NCBI GenBank assembly: GCA_033764055.1
Contig: JANRJI010000129.1
Location: 4,574 to 68,573, forward strand
Direction: 5' to 3'
Source of the DNA: Hyphomicrobiaceae bacterium
Lineage (GTDB): Bacteria > Pseudomonadota > Alphaproteobacteria > Rhizobiales > Hyphomicrobiaceae
Length of the DNA stretch: 64,000 bases
Shown here: one piece after another, positions 25,444-34,759 of the stretch
Numbering within the stretch: the first letter of the stretch is position 1
Layout: the number at the start of each line of letters is the position of its first letter
Notes under the pieces: generated by a model
What the model was told of the DNA's origin: nothing
The model's input: only the letters and a program-made list of their open reading frames with translations
The model's database searches: none
Program-made: the position numbers and the translations under genes

Positions 25444-26634
25444 TCAGACGACGTCCTTCGCCCTCAGCTCGGCAATTTCGCCTCCGGTATAGCCGAGCTC
25501 GGACAAGATCCGATCCGTATGCTCGCCGAGTCCAGGCGCCCGATGTCGGATTTGGCCCGGCGTTTCAGACAGCCAAATCGGCACCTTGGCGATAGGAGCC
25601 GGCCGCCTCATGCCCGGAAACTCGACAGGCTGGAAGAATCCCATCTCCTGGATATGCGGATCGTCCAGCGCGGCCTGAGGCTTCAGGACCCGTGATGCCG
25701 GCACCTTGGCCCTGGCGAGCTCGGCAAGCGCTTCCTCGCAGGTTCGTTCCCTCGACCAGCGCTCCATGATCGCCGACAGGGCTGCACCATTGTTGCCGCG
25801 ATCGATGTCGGTCCTGAACCGCTCGTCGCCGAGCAAACCGGGCTGGCCGATCATGTCGGCAACGCGCTTGAACAGGGGATTGCCGACGACGGAGACCAGG
25901 ATCTGGCCGTCCTTGCAGCGAATGATATCACCGGGACCGGAAACTTGCGATCGGCTGCCGGAAGGCTTGCGGTTGGCCTCGATGACCGCCTGCTCGATCA
26001 GCAGGGAGTTGGAGACCGTTAGGGCGGTGCCAAGCAGGGCCCCCTCCACCCATTGGCCGCGACCCGTCGCCTTGCGGTGCATCAAGGCCGCCATCGTGCC
26101 GAACGCCAGGTGCAGCGCCGTCCCGAAGTCGACCCAAGGAGCCTGGAAGCGCACCGGGCTCTCCTCGTCGCCTCCAGAAAGGTAGGCGGCGCCGCACATC
26201 ACCTGACCGACGCCGTCAAATCCGACGCGATCGGAATAGGGCCCGCCGCGTCCGTAGGCGGTGGCCGTCGCCAGCACGATATCCGGCTTCACCGCCTTCA
26301 GGCTCTCGTAGTCGAGCTTCATGGCCTGCAGCGTCCGCGGCGGAAGGTTGGCGATCACGACGTCGGCGGTCGCCACGAGCCGACGCACCACCCCTTGACC
26401 CTCGGCCTTCATCGGATCGAGGGTGAGACCAAGCTTGTTCCGGTTCATCTGCAGGAAGAGCGCTCCCTCGCCGCTCTCAGTGACCGGCGCCACCACGCGA
26501 TCCTCGCTGCCCTCTCCCCGCTTCTCGATGCGAATGACCTCCGCGCCCTGCTCCGCCAGCATGGCGGCACAATAGGGCCCTGCGATGTAGCGGCCGAAAT
26601 CCAGGACCCGGATGCCTGTCAAGACGCCCGTCAT
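25444..26634 (-). CDS. CaiB/BaiF family (type III) CoA-transferase
   Basis: ATG at 26634 (MTGVLTGIRVLDFGRYIAGPYCAAMLAEQGAEVIRIEK...), the classical family III CoA-transferase N-terminus. Confidence 0.9.
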   Translation of the reverse strand: MTGVLTGIRVLDFGRYIAGPYCAAMLAEQGAEVIRIEKRGEGSEDRVVAPVTESGEGALFLQMNRNKLGLTLDPMKAEGQGVVRRLVATADVVIANLPPRTLQAMKLDYESLKAVKPDIVLATATAYGRGGPYSDRVGFDGVGQVMCGAAYLSGGDEESPVRFQAPWVDFGTALHLAFGTMAALMHRKATGRGQWVEGALLGTALTVSNSLLIEQAVIEANRKPSGSRSQVSGPGDIIRCKDGQILVSVVGNPLFKRVADMIGQPGLLGDERFRTDIDRGNNGAALSAIMERWSRERTCEEALAELARAKVPASRVLKPQAALDDPHIQEMGFFQPVEFPGMRRPAPIAKVPIWLSETPGQIRHRAPGLGEHTDRILSELGYTGGEIAELRAKDVV

Positions 26635-26891
26635 CGTGCGTGTCCTCCCGTGGGTGCGCGGCCCGCTCGTGGGCCTCATGGAAAAGCGCTCTGGAGTGGC
26701 CAAAGCGGATCTTGCCGGGCCACGCCGGTGATGGGATGGCGAGCGGCTGCCGCGGCACCTCCATCGTGAATTGGCGTCTCGGCCAGACTCTCACGCCGTC
26801 GCCTTCGCGATCGAGTTGCGGCATTGGCGCTTGCCTCGCAAGCCATCGTGCAGTCCCGCACCGAAGACGGCCTCGGCGGCCTCGCCCGCCG

Positions 26892-28307
26892 CTAACCGGG
26901 CCGACGCGAGCCCGGGCAGGTGAGTGCGATCAGTCCGGCTATGCCTTTGGCCTCGTCGAGATGTCGGCATGTGGCGACGAGCTCCGCGTATTGCCCGGCA
27001 CCGATCGCGGCCACAGTGCCGATCGGCGCCAGCCGCCGCGCCAGCTCGTCGAAGGTCATGATGAACTCCCGTCCTGTGGCCTGCAGTGTGTGGGAGACGC
27101 CGTCGCGCGTGACGATCGTCACGCGCGGAGAGAACAGCGCCTGCGTATGCGAGGGAATGACGCGTACCCGTCGCATCATGGCGTCCAGGCCTGGCGGATC
27201 GGCCTCGCCGACCTTCTGGCCCACGTTCTTCGTCACCGGAAATGACCCGGCGAGAATGGCGTAGGCGGCATAATATTGCGGTTGCTCCACTCCGGGCTCG
27301 AGATCGGTTCGCTTCGACGGAAACGCCGGGCTCGGGTACTGCGTCTCGAGCCAGTTGACCACGCACTCGACCCGCTCGACCTCTTCCGCGCGGATACCGT
27401 CGCGCCTGCAGAGCGCTGCCGTCACGTCGACATGGGCGATGTTGTACCCGGCCGTCGAATAGATGCGGTAGAGCGTCTCGAGGAACAGCCATCTCTCGCC
27501 GAGTCTTGCCGTTATCTCCGCAAGGTCGGCCTTGCGCGCGCCCGTGAAGCTATGGCTCAGGTAACCCTCCCTGTTACCGAGATAGGCGAAGTAGAAACCG
27601 GCCTCGCCCTCGAATACCGTATCCCCACCGGGTATGCCCTGACGCGCCAGACCGACGGCGAGCAGAGCATTTCGCACGGCTGCGCCCTCACGCACGGAGC
27701 GGCCGCCGCTACGCCCGCCCTCGAGATTGCCGGCGGCAAGGTTGACGCATTGAGCCAGCGCCCCGTGCACTTGGTCGGCACTCAGCCCATTGATCTTGGC
27801 GATGGCCGTCGCAGCGCCGAAAATGCTGAACAAGGCGCCCGAGTGGAAGCCGCGCGCCAGGATGGCCGGCACGAAATCGGCCGCGAGGCGCTCCATCACC
27901 TCGTAGCCGGCGACGACGCCGGTGAGAAACTCACGTCCCGAGCAGCCCGTCGCCTCGGCCGCCATCAGCGCGGCCGGTATGACCGCGCAATTGGGATGCC
28001 CCACCATGCGGAACGTATCCCACTTGCCGCCGGCAAAGATCATCTCGGCATTGATGAACGCCGCACCGGCACGCGAGAAGCGCCGCCCGTCGACCAGAGC
28101 CGTGGTGGTGCCGACAGCGCCTTGCTCGTCATCCTCCACGAGGCGGATCGCCTGCCGCGTCTCGGGGAAATCGTGACCGAGCAGCGACGAGGACAGCGCC
28201 TGCAGCGTGACTCCGCGTGCGCGGTCGACCACATCCGGCGGCAGATCGGCAAAGGTCAGTCCGGCGACCCAATTGGACAGCCGGCGATTGATGCTTTCCG
28301 TGGCCAT
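26892..28307 (-). CDS. MmgE/PrpD family protein (2-methylcitrate dehydratase-like)
   Basis: ATG at 28307 (MATESINRRLSNWVAGLTFADLPPDVVDRARGVTLQAL...) with GGTGGAG upstream. The track ORF starts two codons earlier at GTG. Confidence 0.85.
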   Translation of the reverse strand: MATESINRRLSNWVAGLTFADLPPDVVDRARGVTLQALSSSLLGHDFPETRQAIRLVEDDEQGAVGTTTALVDGRRFSRAGAAFINAEMIFAGGKWDTFRMVGHPNCAVIPAALMAAEATGCSGREFLTGVVAGYEVMERLAADFVPAILARGFHSGALFSIFGAATAIAKINGLSADQVHGALAQCVNLAAGNLEGGRSGGRSVREGAAVRNALLAVGLARQGIPGGDTVFEGEAGFYFAYLGNREGYLSHSFTGARKADLAEITARLGERWLFLETLYRIYSTAGYNIAHVDVTAALCRRDGIRAEEVERVECVVNWLETQYPSPAFPSKRTDLEPGVEQPQYYAAYAILAGSFPVTKNVGQKVGEADPPGLDAMMRRVRVIPSHTQALFSPRVTIVTRDGVSHTLQATGREFIMTFDELARRLAPIGTVAAIGAGQYAELVATCRHLDEAKGIAGLIALTCPGSRRPG

Positions 28308-28374
28308 GCGCACTCCACCGGCTGGGGTACTGTCGGCAGGACAGTCCTGAGGCGCAGCCTCGTCCCGCCTGCGC

Positions 28375-29166
28375 TCAGTAATAGATGCCGGGCGTCGAGC
28401 CGCCGTCGATGGCGATGCTTTGCCCTGTGATCGCCGATGCGTGCGGCGAGGCGAGGAACAGCACCATCGGCGCGATGTCCGACGGCTCGACGATTCGGCC
28501 GATCGGGAAGTCGGCGGTGTACCTCGCCTCGGCCTCGGCCTCGGTGACGCCGAGCTGCCTGGCCAGGGCGGCGCGACGTGCCGGATAGCGGTCCGTCTTG
28601 GTGAAGGGCGGATGCACGACGTTTGCCGTGATGCCCTGGGCCGCCACCGACGTGCTGAATTGCTTGACGAAGGCGGTCAGCGCCGAGTTGCCGAGCGCGC
28701 TCGGCAGAGCCGTGGCGCTGGCGTGGCGCAAGGCCGTACCGCCGATGCAGATGACGCGACCGCGCCCGGACTTGCGCAGGTACGGCAGCGCGGCGCGGCA
28801 GCAGCGCATATACGCGAGCGTCTTGCCGTTGAGGCGTTCCATCAGTCCGTCGTCGTCCAGCGTCTCGATGTTGCCGCTGACGGCCGTCGAGGCGTTGTTG
28901 ACCAGCACATCGAGACCGCCGAAGGCGCTGACCGGCGCCGCGACCGCGTCCGAGCATCCCGCAGCGGTGAACAGATCGACCGCGACGGCCCTGGCCTTGA
29001 CGCCCTTGGCGGCGATCTTGGCCTCCCCTTCCGCGAGTGCTGCCTTGTCGCGGCCGCAGATCGCGACGTTCGCCCCCTCCTCGGCGAAGGCAAGCGCAAT
29101 GGCGAGACCGATGCCTCGGTTGCCGCCAGTGACCAGGACCGATTTGCCCTTCAGATCGAGGTTCAT
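28375..29166 (-). CDS. SDR family oxidoreductase
   Basis: ATG at 29166 (MNLDLKGKSVLVTGGNRGIGLAIALAFAEEGANV...), TGxxxGxG motif. An alternative ATG exists at 29184. Confidence 0.85.
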   Translation of the reverse strand: MNLDLKGKSVLVTGGNRGIGLAIALAFAEEGANVAICGRDKAALAEGEAKIAAKGVKARAVAVDLFTAAGCSDAVAAPVSAFGGLDVLVNNASTAVSGNIETLDDDGLMERLNGKTLAYMRCCRAALPYLRKSGRGRVICIGGTALRHASATALPSALGNSALTAFVKQFSTSVAAQGITANVVHPPFTKTDRYPARRAALARQLGVTEAEAEARYTADFPIGRIVEPSDIAPMVLFLASPHASAITGQSIAIDGGSTPGIYY

Positions 29167-29689
29167 GCCTTGCGTCCTTTCCATGTTCTCGCTTCGGCGC
29201 ACTTGGCCGCGCGTGACCGCAGCGCGGACTCGATCGGCTCCATTATGGTCGAAGGCGGCAGGTCTCGAGGCATGGCTCAATGGCGCTCCTGATCTGCCGA
29301 TCCTGGCACCATGCGAGAACGACGCCGCAAAAGCCTCAGCTGTCGGACATGGTTGAGCGGCGTTGCGTCGTCGTCAAGTCGCTCGCGCGGGAGGGTGACG
29401 GACAGAAGCCTGTGTCAGGCCTGGGGAGACTCGGGTGGTTGGTCGAGACTCACCGGAGCGGAGCCCCCAATGCCACATGCCGTAACGATCAGAAGTCTAC
29501 CGGTTGCGCTGGATACGATGAAGGCCGCTCGTTTGTGGCGACCCGGCGAGCGGGTTAGCAGCGGTCTCCATGGCTCACCACCTAAAGCAGCCAAGGCGCT
29601 GTCGATGGCTCGGCAGTCTGGCGCCGCCTTGACCGGACCTAGGCTGATTGCCGCAGCGGCGGGACCTATACGGGACCCAAGAGCCGGAA

Positions 29690-29715
29690 AGACTAGATCC
29701 GCCCGGTGGGCGGAT
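29690..29715 (-). terminator. terminator-like hairpin downstream of tRNA-fMet
   Basis: Minus strand ATCCGCCC-ACC-GGGCGGAT (29715..29697) followed by CTAGTCTTTCC. Confidence 0.45.
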
Positions 29716-29751
29716 TCGGTGCAAGTAGCTGATCTGGAATGGCAAATAAAG

Positions 29752-29829
<78 letters not shown>

Positions 29830-30218
29830 TCACCTAGCGCAAACCAAACGCCAGCGCCGACGCTCCTGCGTCTGCGCTGCCATCCGTTCCCTCGTTCTGA
29901 AGCCCCAGCCTGTCGGCCGGGTCTAGGAGGCGCCTTGCGATGGGCTCCTTATAGCAGCTTTCGCGGCGTTGAAAACCGGCAATGTGAATGTTTTTTGGCG
30001 CTGTCGATCGGTCGCAGAAAGACTGGTCGTTCCTGTGGCGGGATCTCCCGCAGATCCGCCGCGACGCAGGTCCGGGTGACCTCGCCCAGGGGCCGGCGGC
30101 CGTCCACGCTCATCCGCCCAGGCTGTCTACCTGCCCCCTGGCACGACCGGCGCCGCCGGCTCAGAATGCCGGTAGGATCGCGGTGCCGCGCCGCGATCGC
30201 GCCAGATCGGAGACCCAG

Positions 30219-31358
30219 ATGCCGCTCGCTCCTCCCGCTATGCCCGGCCTCGCCATGAGCGAGATCGACACCCCGGCCCTGCTCATCGACCTCGATGCCT
30301 TCGAGCGCAATCTCCAGCGCATGGCCGCTTTCACGGCCAAAGCCGGGGTGCGGTTGCGGCCGCATGCCAAAACCCACAAGTCGCCGATCATCGGACTGAG
30401 GCAGATGGCGCTCGGCGCGGTTGGCCTGTGCTGCCAGAAGGTGTCCGAGGCAGAGGCCATGGTCGAGGGCGGCATCCCCGACGTCTACGTGTCGAACGAG
30501 ATCGTCGGGGCCCGCAAGCTCGATCGCCTGGCCGCGCTGGCGCATCAGGCGCGCGTGATGGTCGCTGTCGACAACGAGGCGGCCGTCGAGGCCCTGGGCG
30601 CAGCCGCGCGACGGGCCGGGGTGCGTATCAGGACGCTGGTCGAGATCGACTGCGGGGCCAACCGCTGCGGCGTTCCGCCGGGTGCGCCGGCCGTGGCGCT
30701 GGCCGAGCGCGTCGCGCGTGAGCCGGGCCTCGCGTTCGGTGGCCTCCAGTCCTACCAGGGCCGGGCGCAACATATGCGCTCGCTCGACGAGAGGAAGGCC
30801 GCGATCGCTCGGGCTGTCGAGGTGACGGCCGATACGGTGGCAGCCCTTCGGCGAGCCGGTCTCGACTGCGAGGTGGTCGGCGGCGCCGGCACCGGCACGT
30901 TCGAGATCGAAGGTGCGTCGGGCGTCTACAATGAGCTGCAGGCCGGCTCCTATTGCTTCATGGACGCCGACTATGCGCGCAACCGCAAAGCCGACGGCAC
31001 CCGCTTCGACACCTTCGAGCACGCCCTCTTCGTCCTCGCGACGGTCATGAGCACGCCGGTTGCCGACCGGGCCGTGCTGGATGCGGGCCTCAAGGCGTTC
31101 TCGTTCGATTCGGGGCCACCGGAGGTGCACGGGCTCGCGGGCGCGGTCTACGAGCGCCCCTCGGACGAGCACGGCGGGCTCGACTTGGCAGCGTGCAACG
31201 AGCGCCCTGCACTCGGCGACAAGCTTCTTCTCATCCCGGGCCATTGCGACCCGACCGTCAACCTCCACGACTGGTACATCGGTGTCAGGGGGATGGGAAC
31301 GGCACGAGCGCGGGTCGAGAGCGTCTGGCCGGTGGCGGCGCGGGGGGCGGTGTTCTAG
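30219..31358 (+). CDS. DSD1-family PLP enzyme (D-serine dehydratase / D-threonine aldolase-like, alanine-racemase N-domain fold)
   Basis: ATG 30219 after GGAGA. MPLAPPAMPGLAMSEIDTPALLIDLDAFERNLQRM..., RLRPHAKTHKSP (PLP lysine context). The upstream part of track ORF 29988..31358 is junk. Confidence 0.8.
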   Translation: MPLAPPAMPGLAMSEIDTPALLIDLDAFERNLQRMAAFTAKAGVRLRPHAKTHKSPIIGLRQMALGAVGLCCQKVSEAEAMVEGGIPDVYVSNEIVGARKLDRLAALAHQARVMVAVDNEAAVEALGAAARRAGVRIRTLVEIDCGANRCGVPPGAPAVALAERVAREPGLAFGGLQSYQGRAQHMRSLDERKAAIARAVEVTADTVAALRRAGLDCEVVGGAGTGTFEIEGASGVYNELQAGSYCFMDADYARNRKADGTRFDTFEHALFVLATVMSTPVADRAVLDAGLKAFSFDSGPPEVHGLAGAVYERPSDEHGGLDLAACNERPALGDKLLLIPGHCDPTVNLHDWYIGVRGMGTARARVESVWPVAARGAVF

Positions 31359-31463
31359 GCATGTTCAGGGTATTCATTGAGCAGCAATGTCTATGGCCTA
31401 TTGCGGCGAGCCGTCGCGCACCCAACATCACGTGCGCAATGCACGCCCCTCAGGGAGACGATC

Positions 31464-32267
31464 ATGACGCCCGATGAACGCCAGTTGATCTCAGGCCTTT
31501 TCGACCGGATGCGCTCCAACGGGCCGGTCGACAAGGACCGGGAGGCCGAAAGCCTCATCAACCAGGCAGTCCGTCAGACGCCCGATGCTGCCTACCTACT
31601 CGTACAGTCCGTGTTGGCCCAGGAGCACTACCTCCAGCAGGCCGGCGGCCGTATCGAGGAGCTCGAGGGTCGCATGCGCGACCTCGAGGACGAGCTCGCC
31701 CGCTTCCAGCAGGCCCAGCAGGCGCCACAGCGCTCGGGAGGCGGCAGCTTCCTCGGTGGCCTGTTCGGCGGTGGCCGGCAGCCCGAGCCCCAGCCGACAC
31801 CGAGATCCGGAAGCGTGCCGTCGTTCGGCGGTGCTCGCCAGGCCGAGCCCGGCTACGGCCAGCCCGGCTCGCCGTGGGGCCAGCCACAGCAACGTGGGGG
31901 CTTCGGCGGTGGTGGCTTCGGTGGCGGCGGCTACGCCCCTCAGGGCGCGCAGCCCGCAGCCCAGGGCGGCGGCTTCATGCGCTCGGCGCTGACCACTGCA
32001 GCGGGCGTCGCCGGTGGCATGATGGCGGCCAACGCCCTGTCGGGCCTGTTCAAGGGCGACTCCAGCGCCCAGGCGGCCGGCCACCCGACAACGCCGTCCT
32101 CGGGTGAGCAGTCCCCATATGCGGTCAACAACGATGCCGATCGCCAGCGGGAGCTGAACGAGCAGCAGGATCTCGCGCAGGATGCCGAGCTCGAGAACGA
32201 GCAGGTCGCATCCTACGAGGAGGACAGCAGCGCGGATTGGGGCTCGGCCGACGACAGCGAGTATTGA
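31464..32267 (+). CDS. DUF2076 domain protein
   Basis: ATG 31464 after AGGGAGA. MTPDERQLISGLFDRMRSNGPVDKDREAESLINQAVRQTPDAAYLLVQSVL..., coiled segment, then a Gly/Gln-rich and acidic tail. Confidence 0.8.
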   Translation: MTPDERQLISGLFDRMRSNGPVDKDREAESLINQAVRQTPDAAYLLVQSVLAQEHYLQQAGGRIEELEGRMRDLEDELARFQQAQQAPQRSGGGSFLGGLFGGGRQPEPQPTPRSGSVPSFGGARQAEPGYGQPGSPWGQPQQRGGFGGGGFGGGGYAPQGAQPAAQGGGFMRSALTTAAGVAGGMMAANALSGLFKGDSSAQAAGHPTTPSSGEQSPYAVNNDADRQRELNEQQDLAQDAELENEQVASYEEDSSADWGSADDSEY

Positions 32268-32294
32268 TCCCAGCCCGGCGCTGGATTGAAGGGA

Positions 32295-32321
32295 AGCGCG
32301 CCGGCCAGGCCGGCGCGCTTT
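32295..32321 (+). terminator. terminator-like GC hairpin after DUF2076 gene
   Basis: AGCGCGCCGG-CCAGG-CCGGCGCGCT (10-bp stem) followed by TT. Confidence 0.45.
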
Positions 32322-32655
32322 CGCGCTTGGGAGCCCGCAGTGTGCCCCAGGCGCCGCACTTGGAGCTGCAGGCGATGCCGAGCCCTCGTCCAGGAGCCGG
32401 TTGGGCTGCAGGAGCAACGACAGCGCGAGGCAGCCGTCGTGCCCGTTGGAGGCTGGCCGCCAAACGAAATCGCCGGTGGTCGTCTGGCCTTCCACCTTGC
32501 CAAGCGAGCCCTCGGGCGCCCTGTTCTCCTCGATGGCGGCGGGCTCGTCATTCGCCAGCTTGGTGCTCCTCCGGCCGCAACCCTTGTCAAACGATCGGGC
32601 ATCCGGCAGTCATCACCTGCTGCACGCATGTCGTCACTCCAGGAAAAAACCTGCC

Positions 32656-33078
32656 ATGTCAGCCGCCATCACCGAGGCGCTCGTGCGCCGCTACTACGAG
32701 GCCTTCAACCGCGGCGACACCGAGGGCATGCTGGCCTGCGTCTCCGACACCGTTGCGCACGACGTCAACCAAGGCGTGCGGCGGCCGGGCAAGGAGGCAT
32801 TTCGGGTCTTCTGCGCTCACATGAGCCGCTGCTACAGGGAGCAGTTGAAGGACATCGTCGTTATGGTGTCGCCGGACGGTCGGCGCGCGGCGGCGGAGTT
32901 CAACGTGGAAGGCGCTTACCTCGAGACCGACGAGGGCCTGCCGGCGGCGAAGGGCCAACGCTACGTGTTGCCGGCCGGCACCTTCTTTGCCATCGACGGA
33001 GGGCTTATCACCCGCATCACCACCTACTACAACCTGACCGACTGGCTGATGCAGGTCACGGGCGAGAACGAGGCGTAG
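32656..33078 (+). CDS. SnoaL-like / NTF2-fold (ketosteroid isomerase-related) protein
   Basis: ATG 32656 after AGGAAAAAA. MSAAITEALVRRYYEAFNRGDTEGMLACVSDTVAHDV... is a typical SnoaL-like N-terminus; 140 aa. Confidence 0.75.
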   Translation: MSAAITEALVRRYYEAFNRGDTEGMLACVSDTVAHDVNQGVRRPGKEAFRVFCAHMSRCYREQLKDIVVMVSPDGRRAAAEFNVEGAYLETDEGLPAAKGQRYVLPAGTFFAIDGGLITRITTYYNLTDWLMQVTGENEA

Positions 33079-33088
33079 GAGGCATGCG

Positions 33089-33679
33089 GTGAGCGTCCGT
33101 ATCGAGCCGCTGACCGGTCCCGCCCTGCAGAGCGCGCTCGGCGATCTCGCCCGATTGCGTATCGAGGTTTTCCGCGAGTGGCCCTATCTCTACGACGGCA
33201 GCTACGACTACGAGCGCGACTATATCGCCGGCTTCGCGGCGAGCCCGGGCGCCCTGATCGTCGCCGCCATCGACGATGACCGGATCGTGGGCGCGGCGAC
33301 GGCGACGCATATGGGAGGCCACGCAGACGATTTCGCGCGGCCGCTCGAGGTGCACGGCTATGACCTGTCGCGCATCTGCTATTTCGGCGAGTCCGTGCTG
33401 CTGCCGGTCTATCGCGGCCGCGGCCTTGGCCATGCCTTCTTCGACCGGCGCGAGGCGCATGCACGCGCTGACGGTCGATTCACGCACACCACCTTCTGCG
33501 CGGTCGTGCGGCCCGACCATCATGAGCTGAAGCCGGCAGCCTACCGGCCCTTGGATGGATTTTGGCGAAAGCGCGGCTACGAGCCGGTGCCCGGCCTCGT
33601 CGGCTCGTTCGTCTGGAAGGACATCGGCGAGGCAAGCGAGACGGCGAAGCCCATGCAGTATTGGATGAAGGGGCTATGA
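33089..33679 (+). CDS. GNAT family N-acetyltransferase
   Basis: GTG 33089 after TAGGAGG. LLPVYRGRGLGHAFFDRRE matches the acetyl-CoA-binding R/Q-x-x-G-x-G/A motif. Confidence 0.8.
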   Translation: MSVRIEPLTGPALQSALGDLARLRIEVFREWPYLYDGSYDYERDYIAGFAASPGALIVAAIDDDRIVGAATATHMGGHADDFARPLEVHGYDLSRICYFGESVLLPVYRGRGLGHAFFDRREAHARADGRFTHTTFCAVVRPDHHELKPAAYRPLDGFWRKRGYEPVPGLVGSFVWKDIGEASETAKPMQYWMKGL

Positions 33680-33770
33680 GCCTGTAGCCCGAGCCGCATG
33701 CTTCGAAATGGCACGTGGATCAAGCCCGCGCGCGACGCCTTGTCCCCTAGGGGCGGGTGAAAGCCCGATG

Positions 33771-33849
33771 CTAGTGCAGCGCATCTGATGTTCGATACCC
33801 GCTAGCGACCAGCTATGCGATCGAACGTCAGATGCAGAAGCTGCACTAG
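33771..33849. repeat. long imperfect hairpin 1 (CTAGTG...CACTAG)
   Basis: CTAGTGCAGC+GCATCTGATGTTCGAT (33771-33796) pairs with ATCGAACGTCAGATGC (33820-33835) and GCTGCACTAG (33840-33849). That is 25 of 26 bp plus a 4-nt bulge, with a 23-nt loop. Confidence 0.6.
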
Positions 33850-33862
33850 AATCATATATCTC

Positions 33863-33939
33863 CTAGTGTTCCTTATGGTTCCGACGTTTGCTCGTAGCCC
33901 AGCCGCAACGGGAAGCAAATGTCGGAACAGGAACACTAG
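33863..33939. repeat. long imperfect hairpin 2 (CTAGTG...CACTAG)
   Basis: CTAGTGTTCC (33863-33872) and GTTCCGACGTTTGCT (33878-33892) pair with AGCAAATGTCGGAAC (33914-33928) and GGAACACTAG (33930-33939). One mismatch, small internal loop, 21-nt apical loop. Confidence 0.6.
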
Positions 33940-33990
33940 AGCGGCCGGGTCGGGATTTATTCCGGCAACTCCAGCAAAAGGATCGCGCGT

Positions 33991-34653
33991 ATGAGCAGTG
34001 ACAGCCGCCGGATCGCCGATTCCCTTGTGCGCAGCATGGGGGCTGCCGTCGGCACCAAGTCGCCTTATCCGCACTGGTTCCTGTCCGCGTGCGTGCCCGC
34101 CGATGTGGCCGAGGTGCTGGCGGAGCTGCCATTTCCAGCGCCGGCGCTTGGTGGCCTCTCGGGCAAGCGGGAGTTGCACAACGCCACACGCAAGTATTTC
34201 GATCGCGAGAATCAGGCCCTGTTTCCCACGATCGCCGCGTTCGCAGAGGCGTTTCAGTCGCGCCAAGTCACAGATGCCGTGCAGAGCAGGTTCGGCACTC
34301 GCCTGGTTGGCTCGTATCTCCGGCTGGAGTACGCCCAGGACACCGACGGCTTCTGGCTCGAGCCGCACACCGACCTCGGCGTGAAGGTGTTCACGATGCT
34401 GCTCTATCTGTCCACGGACGCGAGCCACGCCGATCTCGGCACAGATATCTACGACGCGGAGAAGCGCCATGTCGGGCGCTCCCCGTTCGTGCCGAACAGC
34501 GCCATGATCTTCGTGCCTTCGACCGATACGTTCCACGGTTTCGTCCCGCGACCGATCAAGGGCGTTCGCAAGTCGATCATCATCAATTACGTGACCGACG
34601 AGTGGCGTGCCCGCGAGCAGCTGTCGTTCCCGGAAACCCCGATAGCGGCGTGA
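33991..34653 (+). CDS. 2OG-Fe(II) oxygenase superfamily-like protein
   Basis: 220 aa. LEPHTDLGVKVFTMLLYLS ... DTFHGF fits an HxD...H facial triad in a double-stranded beta-helix. Family call tentative. Confidence 0.6.
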   Translation: MSSDSRRIADSLVRSMGAAVGTKSPYPHWFLSACVPADVAEVLAELPFPAPALGGLSGKRELHNATRKYFDRENQALFPTIAAFAEAFQSRQVTDAVQSRFGTRLVGSYLRLEYAQDTDGFWLEPHTDLGVKVFTMLLYLSTDASHADLGTDIYDAEKRHVGRSPFVPNSAMIFVPSTDTFHGFVPRPIKGVRKSIIINYVTDEWRAREQLSFPETPIAA

Positions 34654-34759
34654 GTCCTGGCGGCAGGCGCTGCCTGACGAGGCGTACGCTGCCGACCCGA
34701 AATCTCCCGAGTGGCTTCCGTCGCTACGGATGGTGTGGCGGCAAATGAGCAGACCACGG

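Noticed and set aside
29585-29596. AAGCAGCCAAGG, identical to part of the conserved domain IV of SRP (4.5S) RNA.
   Set aside because: The flanks lack the GNRA tetraloop and the complementary 5' strand (GGUCC-GGAA-GGA context), and no long hairpin forms. Judged a chance match.
29949-30113. 55-codon minus-strand ORF (MSVDGRRPLGEVTRTCVAADLREIPPQERPVFLRPIDSAKKH...) between the tRNA and the DSD1-family gene.
   Set aside because: Weak SD, codon bias collapses after ~23 codons, no motif. Insufficient support.
33744-33753. CCCCTAGGGG 10-bp palindrome.
   Set aside because: Too short to interpret on its own. Mentioned only as context for the neighbouring CTAG-bounded hairpins.
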